Shown piece by piece: positions 37,950 to 47,549 of a stretch of DNA of 64,000 bases. Location of the stretch: contig CAIKBL010000025.1 of assembly GCA_903825645.1 (NCBI GenBank), positions 60,078 through 124,077 of the forward strand, written 5' to 3'. The notes beneath the pieces are model-generated. The model saw nothing but the letters and a program-made list of their open reading frames with translations. It had not been told where the DNA came from and did not search any database. The DNA comes from an uncultured Pseudomonadota bacterium. GTDB lineage: Bacteria; Pseudomonadota; Gammaproteobacteria; Ga0077536. How positions within the stretch are numbered: position 1 is the first letter of the stretch; each line of letters starts with the position of its first letter. Made by a program: the position numbers and the translations under genes.

Positions 37950-40084
37950 GAAGCGTCGATATCGATGTCGGCGGAACGTTCACCGATCTCGTCCTCACCT
38001 ACGACGATCGGCGGGTCATCGCGAAAGCACCGACGACCCCCTATGATCTTTCCGTATGTTTCATGAACGTTCTGGAAGATGGCGCCGAGCAGCTTGGTTA
38101 CAGCACAGAAGAGCTCCTGCCGGACATTGAGGTAGTTCGTTATTCGACCACCGTAGCAATGAACCGGCTCATTGAGCGCAAGGGTCCAAGACTCGGCCTC
38201 ATGGCGACCGAAGGTCACGAAGATGCCATTCTGATTGGGCGAGGGGCCCAATGGGTCGACGGACTGAGAATTGGCGAGCGGCGCAATCTTGCCGCTCAAC
38301 ACAAGCCGACCCCGTTGATTTCCAGACGTATGATCGTAGGGCTTAAGGAGCGTGTGGATTCGACCGGCTGTATTCTGCGAGAACTCGTAGAGGACGATGT
38401 TCGGGAAAAACTTCGCTATCTTATTGACAACGGCGCACGTGCAATCGCGGTATCACTGTTATGGTCTTTCGCAAATCCTGCACACGAACGTCGGGTTCGG
38501 GAAATAATCCGTGAAGAATACAAGGGTTATCATGTCGGTTATCTCCCCGTCGTCCTCTCCCATGAGGTCGTTGGCAAAGTAGGGGAATACGAGAGAAGCA
38601 TGACCGCAATCCTTGATGCCTATCTCCAACGCTCCATCAAACTCGAGATGGAGGCGACGTGGGACCAGCTGCGGGAACGCGGCTACACCGGCAGCTTTCT
38701 CCTCACGCACAACACCGGTGGTAGTGCGGAAATGTTTAAGACGACGGCGTCCCGAACTTATAACGGAGGACCTATCGCAGGTCTCATGGGCTCCTATCAT
38801 ATCGGCCGCACGCTCGGTTACAAAAATGTCATTGCGAGTGACGTCGGAGGCACCAGCTTTGACGTCGGAATGGTCGTTGATGCGGGCGTCCGGAGCTACG
38901 AATTTCGCCCCATCATTGACCGATGGATGGTCGGAATCACCATGCTGCAAACCACCACCATGGGCGCGGGCGGTGGTTCAATTGCGCGTTACAACACGCT
39001 CCTGAACCGTCTGGAAGTCGGCCCACATAGTGCCGGGGCGATGCCCGGGCCCGCCTGTTACGACCTCGGCGGCACTGAGCCGACCGTCACGGATGCTGAC
39101 GTAGTTCTGGGCTACATCTCGCCGGATACCTATTTCGGCGGACGCATGCCACTCAGCCGGGATAAAGCCTATGCGGCGATTCGCCAGAAAGTAGCTGAGC
39201 CGCTCGGCATTTCGGTCGACGAGGCGGCAGCGATGATTCGGAACATCGTTGAGGAAAACATGGCTTCGGCCATTAAACGCGAAGTTCATTTGCGGGGCTA
39301 CTATCCAGAAGACTTCGTGCTCTTTGCCTTCGGCGGCGGTGGTCCGACGCACGTCGCCGGCTATCGGGCCGAAATTCCGGTCGCCGTCATTTTCCCTCAA
39401 GCGCCGGTCTTTTGTGCCCTAGGCAGTTCGGTCATGGATATCATGCATGTTTACGAAGTATCGCGACGCATGACGTTTATGGAGGCCATCACGGGAAAAT
39501 TCTCTACTGACTACGAGAAATTTAACGGTGCGGTTCAGAACTTGATCGAGCAGGCTAAAATAGACCTCGCGGCGGAAGGCCTTGCTGTCGACACTGCTAT
39601 TTTCCAGGTCGAGCTGGACATGCTCTATGGTGGCCAAGTCCACGTAAAAAGAGTTTCTTCGCCTCACCTGCGCATCGAAAGCGAAGTTCAAATGCGAGAA
39701 ATTTATGAGGCCTTCGAAAAAGAGTTCTCCGAAGCGTTCAGTCCACACGTCGTTAATAAACCGGGTGGCGTGCATCTCGAGAATATTATTCTAAAAGCGA
39801 CGGTGCCAACCGAAAAACTGGAACTACCGATGAGACCACTCGGATCAGCCGACGCCAGTAGTGCATTAACCGGCTTCCGCGAAGCATATTGGCCCGAACT
39901 GAAAGTCCGCCAGGACACCTCCGTCTATCGTTTTGAGGATATGCAACCCGGGCATCACATCGTGGGCCCGGTCATCGTTGACGCGGAGTTCACCACGTTA
40001 ATCGTACCGCCGGGTCAATTTTTTCATATTGATGCACGCGGCCTCGGCATTCTGGAGTATTCGAAGAAAGGATCGCGAAAGTGA
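37946..40084 (+). CDS. apcC: Acetophenone carboxylase-like subunit ApcC (hydantoinase A/oxoprolinase family)
   Basis: DIDVGGTFTD, RYSTTVA.NRL, EGHEDAILIGRGAQW.DG...ERRN, DVGGTSFD, GAGGGS, PGPACY, FGGGG. Confidence 0.85.
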   Translation: MRSVDIDVGGTFTDLVLTYDDRRVIAKAPTTPYDLSVCFMNVLEDGAEQLGYSTEELLPDIEVVRYSTTVAMNRLIERKGPRLGLMATEGHEDAILIGRGAQWVDGLRIGERRNLAAQHKPTPLISRRMIVGLKERVDSTGCILRELVEDDVREKLRYLIDNGARAIAVSLLWSFANPAHERRVREIIREEYKGYHVGYLPVVLSHEVVGKVGEYERSMTAILDAYLQRSIKLEMEATWDQLRERGYTGSFLLTHNTGGSAEMFKTTASRTYNGGPIAGLMGSYHIGRTLGYKNVIASDVGGTSFDVGMVVDAGVRSYEFRPIIDRWMVGITMLQTTTMGAGGGSIARYNTLLNRLEVGPHSAGAMPGPACYDLGGTEPTVTDADVVLGYISPDTYFGGRMPLSRDKAYAAIRQKVAEPLGISVDEAAAMIRNIVEENMASAIKREVHLRGYYPEDFVLFAFGGGGPTHVAGYRAEIPVAVIFPQAPVFCALGSSVMDIMHVYEVSRRMTFMEAITGKFSTDYEKFNGAVQNLIEQAKIDLAAEGLAVDTAIFQVELDMLYGGQVHVKRVSSPHLRIESEVQMREIYEAFEKEFSEAFSPHVVNKPGGVHLENIILKATVPTEKLELPMRPLGSADASSALTGFREAYWPELKVRQDTSVYRFEDMQPGHHIVGPVIVDAEFTTLIVPPGQFFHIDARGLGILEYSKKGSRK

Positions 40085-42132
40085 GTTACCCCACCGTAGA
40101 AGAAAAACTTGCGTCGCTAAAAATCACACCGGCGACGCCGCACGAACTACGATGCATGGAAAAAGTATCGCGCGGTTCTTATGAAATTGCCGTTCAGCGT
40201 ACGGCTGATATCCTAGACGAGGGCTACGAAATATTTATGCGCTCTTCGCGCAGTTCTATGGGCGTGGCTGGTGATTCTATAGTCGCCATGTTCAGTGCAC
40301 ACGGCGATCTCGTGAATGCGTCTGCCGGCACTTACCTTCACGCCATCATCCCGCCTATTGTCATCAAGTATATTTTGAAAAAATACCGGGAAAATCCCGG
40401 TATAAACGATGGCGATATTTTCTACACGAATGATGCCCTTTACGGAGGAATCCATAACCCCGATCAAGTCGCGATCATGCCAGTTTTCCATGCTGGGGAG
40501 CTTGTCGCTTGGACCGCGGCCTTGTCCCACACGACCGAAACGGGCGCTTGCGAGCCCGGCGGGATGCCGTTATCTGCTACTTCACGTTTTGAAGAAGGGA
40601 TGAATCTTCCTCCGATGAAAATCGGTCAAAATTTCCGCATCAATAATGACATTATCGAGTTATTTTCAGCGTTCGGGATTCGGGCGGAGGCGAATGTCAC
40701 GGTTGATCTGAAAGCACGCTGTACAACGGCGGATCGGGTCCGTACTCGTTTGGTTGAGATGTGTGAGCGGGAGGGCGCTGATTTTGTGACGGGCTTGTTT
40801 CGACGGATGCTGATAGAAGCCGAAACAGGCGCACGTAAGCGTCTCATGACATGGCCGGACGGTGTTTATCGTTGTGTGACATTCAGTGATGCGGCGGGGC
40901 TAAAACGTGGCCTTATTCGCAACTGCTTTCTAACCATGACTAAACGAGCCGATCACCTCACGATAGATTTCACGGGGACAAGTCCCGAAAACCTGTCCAG
41001 CTACAACGCACACCCACAAGCCGTGATTGGGCATCTGGCTAATTACATTTATGAGTATGTGTTCCATGACCTGCCAATTTCGAGTGCAACGTTTGCACCG
41101 CTTGACTTTATATTCCCAGAAGCAAGTTGCTTGTCCCCAACGCCTCGCGCAGCTACCAGCAACGCGGTAATGATTTGCACGGGTGCTATGAGCGCCATTG
41201 CGAACTGCATTTCGCGGGCCCGTTTCCCGAGTGAAGATTGGCACCAAACCACCGCTTCCATGGGTAACGGCGGTAATGCGCCGGTCATAGCCGGCACTTC
41301 CCAATGGCAAATGCCGTTCGCCGACATGATCGCCTATACGATCAATACTGAAGGCCAGGGTGCTCGTTGTACGCATGACGGGATGGATGCCTACGGATTC
41401 CCGTGGTGCGCTTTTGGTCGCGCGCCTGATGTTGAGAGTATGGAGAACGAATTCCCGATGCTGGTGCCTTTTAGCCAGCACTGGCCGGACTCCGGCGGAC
41501 ACGGAAAATTTCGTGGCGGGTGCGGCACCACTCAGTTTTGGTCAGTCCATCATGTGCCCATGCTGTTTTTCCTCTCGATCGCTGACAACAGTTCATTGCA
41601 AACGCCGCAGCCGCTGTTCGGCGGCTACGCGCCACCGACAGTTCCCGGTATCACGATAAAAGACACGAAGGTTACCGAGCTGCTTGCCCGACTTGACGAC
41701 GGTACACTTGATTTTCATGCGCTTATCCGCGGTGACTTTGGCGAGGTGCAAACGGAGCCTAATGGGCGCTCTGCCAGACCGGTAGAAGCTGATAAGACAA
41801 TCTCCGTCCTAATGTCTACTGGCGGCGCAGGCTATGGCGATCCACTCGATCGAGATCCCGCTCTCGTCCAAAAAGATTTGCTAGCCGGTTTGTGCTCAGC
41901 ATGGAGCGCAAGAGAGATCTATCAGGTTGTTTGGGATCCCGTTCGCGAACGGGTGGATGTGCCCGCGACTGAATCGGCGCGGGAGGCGACCCGGAAAAGA
42001 AGACTCGCCAGAGGCAAGCCTTATGTGGAGTTTGAGAAAGAATGGTCCAAGCGAAAACCGCCCGAAGAGATCATGAATCTCTATGGCTCTTGGCCCGATG
42101 CAAAACCACTTGCGCCAGTATTCCGACCCTAG
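40081..42132 (+). CDS. apcD: Acetophenone carboxylase-like subunit ApcD (hydantoinase B family)
   Basis: PTVEEKL, GTYLHAIIPP, metal-site motifs GGIHNPDQ and HTTETG, DLKARCTTADRVRTR, GHGKFRGG, GGAGYGDPLDRDP, YGSWPDAK. Confidence 0.88.
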   Translation: MSYPTVEEKLASLKITPATPHELRCMEKVSRGSYEIAVQRTADILDEGYEIFMRSSRSSMGVAGDSIVAMFSAHGDLVNASAGTYLHAIIPPIVIKYILKKYRENPGINDGDIFYTNDALYGGIHNPDQVAIMPVFHAGELVAWTAALSHTTETGACEPGGMPLSATSRFEEGMNLPPMKIGQNFRINNDIIELFSAFGIRAEANVTVDLKARCTTADRVRTRLVEMCEREGADFVTGLFRRMLIEAETGARKRLMTWPDGVYRCVTFSDAAGLKRGLIRNCFLTMTKRADHLTIDFTGTSPENLSSYNAHPQAVIGHLANYIYEYVFHDLPISSATFAPLDFIFPEASCLSPTPRAATSNAVMICTGAMSAIANCISRARFPSEDWHQTTASMGNGGNAPVIAGTSQWQMPFADMIAYTINTEGQGARCTHDGMDAYGFPWCAFGRAPDVESMENEFPMLVPFSQHWPDSGGHGKFRGGCGTTQFWSVHHVPMLFFLSIADNSSLQTPQPLFGGYAPPTVPGITIKDTKVTELLARLDDGTLDFHALIRGDFGEVQTEPNGRSARPVEADKTISVLMSTGGAGYGDPLDRDPALVQKDLLAGLCSAWSAREIYQVVWDPVRERVDVPATESAREATRKRRLARGKPYVEFEKEWSKRKPPEEIMNLYGSWPDAKPLAPVFRP

Positions 42133-42151
42133 TGCTGAATGGATCTGACAG

Positions 42152-42877
42152 ATGATTAATCGCCCACCCCGGCGGCGGCTCCAGGCCCTTGCGCAAGGAC
42201 GAGGTGCACAGGAGCGCCTTGCCGCACTACTGGCCTTTGATGCGGCCGCGCAGATTTCGGCGCGCCCTCTAGAGGAATTTCATCGAGATCCAACCCAGCT
42301 AGCAAATGGGCTCAGCGAATTGCAGCGCGCGCTAGGTAGCGACGTCATCTGCTGCGCTTTGGCTGATAACTTCGAAAAGGATTCGGTCGGGAGTTCAACT
42401 TTTTCCCTAGAGGCGATACTCGTACCAGGGACACGGGGCGCAGCGAGTCTCGAGGCCTGCCGACGCCTGAGAGCGACCGCAGGAGAATCATGCGTGTTAC
42501 TGGCGGGTCTCACCGGACCGGCCACGCTAGCGGCGCAATTCGCCACAGACCTTTCCACCGCCGGCGAGGTGTTCACCTCACTCGCGAAAGCGTTCTGTGC
42601 TGCCGGCGCCGATTTAATTCTCGTGTTCGATGCCGCGCTACCGACGGATCTCGGTCAATGGGCTGACACGCTCAAAACTGCCGGTAATATTGCGCGTTTT
42701 CACCGCGCACTCGCCATGCAGTGGGACTCTGCGGCACCACTGCCACAACCCGCAAAAATTCCTCTGTTTGCACCATCAAAAGGCCTAGCCGGGATCACCG
42801 TCACGACCGAAATCGCTGCTCCAGATGTCAGTCTCGAACATCTAAAAGCCTGGATAACCGCAGTAAGCGCCGAATAG
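42152..42877 (+). CDS. ApcE-like accessory protein (uroporphyrinogen-decarboxylase-like fold, inferred)
   Basis: Sits between apcD and the CoA ligase; AAQISARPLEEF..DPTQLANGL.ELQRALG.D.I, GLTGPATLAAQ, F..AGADLILV. Confidence 0.55.
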   Translation: MINRPPRRRLQALAQGRGAQERLAALLAFDAAAQISARPLEEFHRDPTQLANGLSELQRALGSDVICCALADNFEKDSVGSSTFSLEAILVPGTRGAASLEACRRLRATAGESCVLLAGLTGPATLAAQFATDLSTAGEVFTSLAKAFCAAGADLILVFDAALPTDLGQWADTLKTAGNIARFHRALAMQWDSAAPLPQPAKIPLFAPSKGLAGITVTTEIAAPDVSLEHLKAWITAVSAE

Positions 42878-42914
42878 GTACTGTTTTTCCCGTACATTGG
42901 AGAGTGAGGCTTTC

Positions 42915-44237
42915 ATGACCGGTTCCTATTGGAATGCCGCTGCAGAAACTGCAACGCCTGAAGTTGTTCGCGAACTTCATTTTCGCAAGCTCAAAGCGCA
43001 GATTGCGTATCTCTGGAACTTCTCGCCCTTTTACCGCGAAAAGCTGGAACACGCGGATCTAGTGCCTAATAGGCTTCGCTCACTCGACGATCTTTCGCTT
43101 TTTCCGTTTACCGAAAAACATGAATTGCGCGAGTCACAGCTTGCCGAGCCCCCCTTGGGCAGACACCGCGCATGCCCCGCTGACGCCGTGCGGCGAATTT
43201 ATTCCACCAGCGGTACAACCGGACGACCGACCTACATAGGCCTTACGGCACAGGATATTAACGGGTGGAAGGAAGCCGCCCTACGTGCTTTCTGGACGGC
43301 CGGACTCAGGCCTGGCGCCATTGTGCCGATAGTCGTGTCTCCGTTTGTCGTGGCCGCCTCCTATGCTGACGCATTTGAGACCATCGGCACCTGTATTCCC
43401 GTTGGGGTCAATATGACTGACCGACTAATCGATGCTTTTCGCTTTGCAAAAGCGGATAGTCTTTTGTGTACTTCTTCCTATCCACTCCATTTTGCAGCGG
43501 CCCTCATTCAACGCGGAATCGATCCCCGTACCCTTGGTCTGAAACGAATTTTCGCTGGCGGAGAGCCTGGCGCGTCAATCCCCTCGGTCCGTAAACAGAT
43601 AGAAGATTGCTTTGATTGTCGGATCCTTGAGGTATCGGGCAATGGTGATTACAGCGGAATGGCTTGGGCAGAATGTGAGCATCGACGCGGAATGCACTTT
43701 GTGGCACAGGGATTAATCCATCCGGAACTAATCGATCCGGAAAGTGGCAACTCGATTGATATCGAAGCAGGCGCGCAAGGTGAACTGGTCTGTACCAGCC
43801 TTGACCGGGAATGTATTCCTTTACTGCGTTTTCGGACCCGCGATCATGTCATCGTGACACAGACCGACTGCGCTTGCGGCAGAACAGGATTTGGCATCCG
43901 GATCATCGGCAGAACGGACGACATGCTCATTATACGTGGCGTCAACGTCTATCCGTCCGCCGTACGGGATGTCATCGCGAGCTTTTCTCCAGAAACCAAT
44001 GGCATGATGGAAATCCAGTTATCGGCCGCCCCGCCGCAAGGCTGGGAGCCTCCGCTACAAATCAAGGTGGAAACGACGGGACAAAACGACGTGGAAAATG
44101 TCCGGTTGAAGGCAGCCATTGAGACATCCCTCAGGGATAAATTGATTTTTCGTGCGGAAATAACTCTGGTACCGGTCGGCACGCTCCCACGATATGAGTA
44201 CAAGGCAAAATTGGTGAAAAAGTGCTACGAGGAATAG
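42915..44237 (+). CDS. Phenylacetate-CoA ligase family protein (benzoylacetate-CoA ligase Bal-like)
   Basis: SPFYREK, FPFTEK.ELR, STSGTTGRPT, GGEPG, PLLRFRTRD, GRTDDMLIIRGVNVYPS, LPR..YKAK. Confidence 0.88.
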   Translation: MTGSYWNAAAETATPEVVRELHFRKLKAQIAYLWNFSPFYREKLEHADLVPNRLRSLDDLSLFPFTEKHELRESQLAEPPLGRHRACPADAVRRIYSTSGTTGRPTYIGLTAQDINGWKEAALRAFWTAGLRPGAIVPIVVSPFVVAASYADAFETIGTCIPVGVNMTDRLIDAFRFAKADSLLCTSSYPLHFAAALIQRGIDPRTLGLKRIFAGGEPGASIPSVRKQIEDCFDCRILEVSGNGDYSGMAWAECEHRRGMHFVAQGLIHPELIDPESGNSIDIEAGAQGELVCTSLDRECIPLLRFRTRDHVIVTQTDCACGRTGFGIRIIGRTDDMLIIRGVNVYPSAVRDVIASFSPETNGMMEIQLSAAPPQGWEPPLQIKVETTGQNDVENVRLKAAIETSLRDKLIFRAEITLVPVGTLPRYEYKAKLVKKCYEE

Positions 44238-44529
44238 AAAAGGCAAGCACGACTGCTTGATCGCGGCGTCAAATGGGGACCAATGACTATCCCGGAACGC
44301 CGAAAGTAACGAAAACTTGTCCTGCCGAACAGAACGAGATCACCGGTTCGATAGGGCCACTGGAAAGGTCTTGCACGACCCCGGCAGGTCGACTGTTCGT
44401 CAAAACTGGTCGAGCATCCGGCCCAGACGCGTTAGTATGCGCTGCCACAACCTCGAGATGAGAGGATATGGGTACATCCTTCATCTGGAACTTTCGGTTC
44501 CCAATCCAACACTGGACATTCAGGCCGTC

Positions 44530-45717
44530 ATGAAAATTCACCGCGTCATACTCAAAATTGGGCGCGAGAAAGCCCTGCTCCGCCGTCATCCCTGGATTTT
44601 TTCAGGCGCCATTGCCCGGATAGACGGCTCCCCACAACCTGGGCATACCGTCCGTGTCGAGGCTGGCGATGGGCGATTTCTCGGATGGGGGGCCTACAGC
44701 GCCACCTCCCAAATCTCGGTGCGAATATGGAGCTTCGATGAGGCGAATACCCTAGATGCAACTCTAATCGCGAGCAAAGTTCAGCGTGCTGTCGCACGTC
44801 GGGCGCGGCTATCTCGAACCCATGACGCTGTCCGCCTTATCAATGCAGAGGCAGATGGCTTGCCGGGCATTATCTGCGATCGCTACGGCAGCCATCTGGT
44901 GTTGCAACTCTCGAGTGCCGGGGCGGCGCATTGGAGGGGAGACATCGTTGACAACCTAGTGACGGCAACGGGCCTGACGCATGTGTTTGAGCGCTCTGAT
45001 GCCGAAGTGATGGCGCTTGAGGGACTCACGGAACAAGTCGGACCATTACGGGGTGAAGCACCGGATTTCGCACTCCCCATCAACGAGGGTGATCTCCGCT
45101 ACGTGGTAAGCGTAACCCATGGCCATAAAACCGGTTTCTATCTCGATCAACGGGATAATCGGCGTCTCGTGAGGAGCGTCGCGGATGTAGAGGATGTTCT
45201 CGATTGTTTTTGTTACACCGGTGGTTTCACCTTAAACGCGCTCGCGGGGGGTGCCCGCCACGTTACAGCAGTGGACGGATCAGCTGACGCCTTAGGACTG
45301 GCACAGACCCATATTGGCTTAAACGGCCTTAACGCAGAGCGGGTCGACTTAATAGAAGATGATGTGTTCAAGCGGCTGCGGAAACTGCGCGATCAAGCGC
45401 GTACATTTGACCTGATTGTCCTCGACCCGCCAAAGTTTGCGCCGACCGCAGCGCTCGCCGCCCGAGCCGCTCGCGGATATAAGGACATCAATCTGCTTGC
45501 ATTCAAACTATTGAAGCCCGGCGGGCTTTTGTTCACTTTCTCGTGCTCTGGTGGGGTTAGTCGAGATCTTTTTCAAAAAATCGTGGCAGGCGCCGCATTG
45601 GATGCCGGCGTTGACGCGCAACTTCTCCGTCATCTGGGTGCCGGCGATGACCATCCCGTCGCGTTGAATTTTCCAGAAGGGGACTACTTGAAAGGGTTGA
45701 TGATTCAGGTCGCCTAA
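44530..45717 (+). CDS. rlmI: 23S rRNA m5C1962 methyltransferase RlmI
   Basis: RRHPWIFSG (PUA domain), EADGLPG, GHKTGFYLDQRDNR, FCYTGGF, LDPPKF, FSCS, FPEGDYLKG. Confidence 0.9.
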   Translation: MKIHRVILKIGREKALLRRHPWIFSGAIARIDGSPQPGHTVRVEAGDGRFLGWGAYSATSQISVRIWSFDEANTLDATLIASKVQRAVARRARLSRTHDAVRLINAEADGLPGIICDRYGSHLVLQLSSAGAAHWRGDIVDNLVTATGLTHVFERSDAEVMALEGLTEQVGPLRGEAPDFALPINEGDLRYVVSVTHGHKTGFYLDQRDNRRLVRSVADVEDVLDCFCYTGGFTLNALAGGARHVTAVDGSADALGLAQTHIGLNGLNAERVDLIEDDVFKRLRKLRDQARTFDLIVLDPPKFAPTAALAARAARGYKDINLLAFKLLKPGGLLFTFSCSGGVSRDLFQKIVAGAALDAGVDAQLLRHLGAGDDHPVALNFPEGDYLKGLMIQVA

Positions 45718-45854
45718 TCGTGCGTAGTTCAGCCGCCGCGCCGAGGCAGTTTGCATACGCAACTGAGCGCGCGCTTCTTTCCCGGCCAGCGCGCGAAGCG
45801 TGTCACAAACCAGGTGTCGACGTAACCATACGGAGAAAATGATCGGATGTTTCC

Positions 45855-46475
45855 ATGAGCACCCCTGACCGATCCCCGTTGGAGTTCTATTTCGATTTCC
45901 TGTCACCCTTCGGCTACTTTGCCAGCCTGCGTGTTGATGCGCTGGCAGCACGCCATCGTCGGGAAATCGTCTGGAAGCCTATGCTGCTGGGGATTTCAGT
46001 CCTGAAAGTTATGAAACTACAACCGATTCTCGACACGCCGTTGAAGGGCTCCTACATCAGACAAGAGGCCACGCGTTACATGCGTCGGCATCGCCTTACG
46101 CTGCGCCGAGAATTAAAGACCCCCACGATGAATCCGCTGCCTGTCGCCCGTCTATTCGCTTGGTTGTCCGTACATGCGCATCCTTATGCGAAACCCTTCG
46201 CTAAGGCCGCCTACCATGCCTATTGGCAGGAGGAAATGGACATTTGTACGCCAGAAACATTAGCCCCGCTCGCCCGTACCATCGGTTTGCCCGAGAACGT
46301 TTTCGCTGAAGCAATCGCGGATCCACAGGCCAGCCAACTCCTGCGCCGGGCTATCGACGCAGGGCTTGAGCTCGGTGTATTTGGCTCTCCATTTTTTCGA
46401 ATAGACGGCGAGCCCTTCTTCGGCTGCGACAAACTCGAACTTATCGATGACTGGCTGACTCAGGACGGCTGGTAA
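45855..46475 (+). CDS. 2-hydroxychromene-2-carboxylate isomerase / kappa-GST (DsbA family)
   Basis: EFYFDFLSPFGY, WKPMLLG, GVFGSPFFRIDGEPFFGCDKL. Confidence 0.88.
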   Translation: MSTPDRSPLEFYFDFLSPFGYFASLRVDALAARHRREIVWKPMLLGISVLKVMKLQPILDTPLKGSYIRQEATRYMRRHRLTLRRELKTPTMNPLPVARLFAWLSVHAHPYAKPFAKAAYHAYWQEEMDICTPETLAPLARTIGLPENVFAEAIADPQASQLLRRAIDAGLELGVFGSPFFRIDGEPFFGCDKLELIDDWLTQDGW

Positions 46476-46491
46476 CAGGGAGACGACGAGC

Positions 46492-46707
46492 ATGCGTTGG
46501 TTCAGAAGGTTCTTGACCCTCCTTGCCGCCGCTGTTTTATTCCTGCTGGCTTCCTTTCTGGGCGGCATGACAAACAGCGTCATTGATGGACTCCATCTTA
46601 CCCAGCGTAACCTGTGGTGGGGTGGATCGGCGGGTCTGATTTTGATTATTGTCGGAATCTTGAGGACGTGGCGCCGTCGCCCCTCCTCTCCCCCGCTGAA
46701 CAAATGA
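46492..46707 (+). CDS. Small two-TM membrane protein of unknown function
   Basis: 71 aa, two hydrophobic helices with basic flanks; GGGAGA upstream; 16 nt after the previous stop. Confidence 0.55.
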   Translation: MRWFRRFLTLLAAAVLFLLASFLGGMTNSVIDGLHLTQRNLWWGGSAGLILIIVGILRTWRRRPSSPPLNK

Positions 46708-46812
46708 ATCAATGTCTTGGGCTTGACGCCCAACCCGCGCGCGCCTAACGTGGCCATCCCTGCAGTCCTCGAACTGCTCGTTCAATCACCTGTGCCCTAG
46801 GAGGTCGTTTTC

Positions 46813-47463
46813 ATGAAGTTGATAGATTCTTTTGGTCCGAATCCTCGTGTTGTCCGCATGTTCATCGCAGAAAAGGATATCACCCTCCCCAGCGAGCAGG
46901 TCGACATTCTGGCTGGCGATAACCGCAAAGAAGGCTATCTGAAGCGCAATCCGGGCGGGCAGATGCCCGCACTAGAGCTCGACGATGGCTCCTTCATCGC
47001 CGAAACTGCTGTTATTTGCGAGTATCTAGAAGAAAAATATCCTGACCACACGCGTATTGGTAAAACTGCGGAAGAGCGTGCCCATGCACGGCTCTGGCAG
47101 CGTCGGGTAGAACTCAACATTACCGAGAATATGTATAACGGTTTTCGCTATGCCGAAGGCTATGAAATGTTCAAAGACCGTTTGCATTGCATTCCGGCGG
47201 CAGCGGCAGACCTTAAAGCCGTTGCCCAAGAAAAGCTCAAGTGGCTTGATAGTCTGATGGGCAACCAGCCGTTTATCTGCGGCAACGAGCCACGCTTCGT
47301 CGACATCACCCTGTATTGCTGCCTGGATTTTATGCAGGGCGTAGGTCAGGCACTAAATCCTGATCTAAAAAATATCGGCGCCTGGTTTGCCCGGATGGCG
47401 GCCCGGCCTAGCGCCGCGGCGAGTCTCCATCCGGCGTCCGAGCAGGTCAAAATGCGCGGTTGA
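46813..47463 (+). CDS. Glutathione S-transferase family protein
   Basis: GPNPRVVRMFIAEK, NPGGQMPALELDDG, ETAVICEYLEE, DI.LY, RPSA. Confidence 0.92.
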   Translation: MKLIDSFGPNPRVVRMFIAEKDITLPSEQVDILAGDNRKEGYLKRNPGGQMPALELDDGSFIAETAVICEYLEEKYPDHTRIGKTAEERAHARLWQRRVELNITENMYNGFRYAEGYEMFKDRLHCIPAAAADLKAVAQEKLKWLDSLMGNQPFICGNEPRFVDITLYCCLDFMQGVGQALNPDLKNIGAWFARMAARPSAAASLHPASEQVKMRG

Positions 47464-47484
47464 TTTAATCACGTCGCTTACTTC

Positions 47485-47513
47485 AAGCGGGGCCGACAAG
47501 GGCCTCGCTTTTT
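47485..47513 (+). terminator. Rho-independent terminator
   Basis: AAGCGGGGCC-GACAAG-GGCCTCGCTT followed by TTT. Confidence 0.75.
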
Positions 47514-47549
47514 AGGACACGTCATCCACTCCGCTTTTCCTGTCGACCT

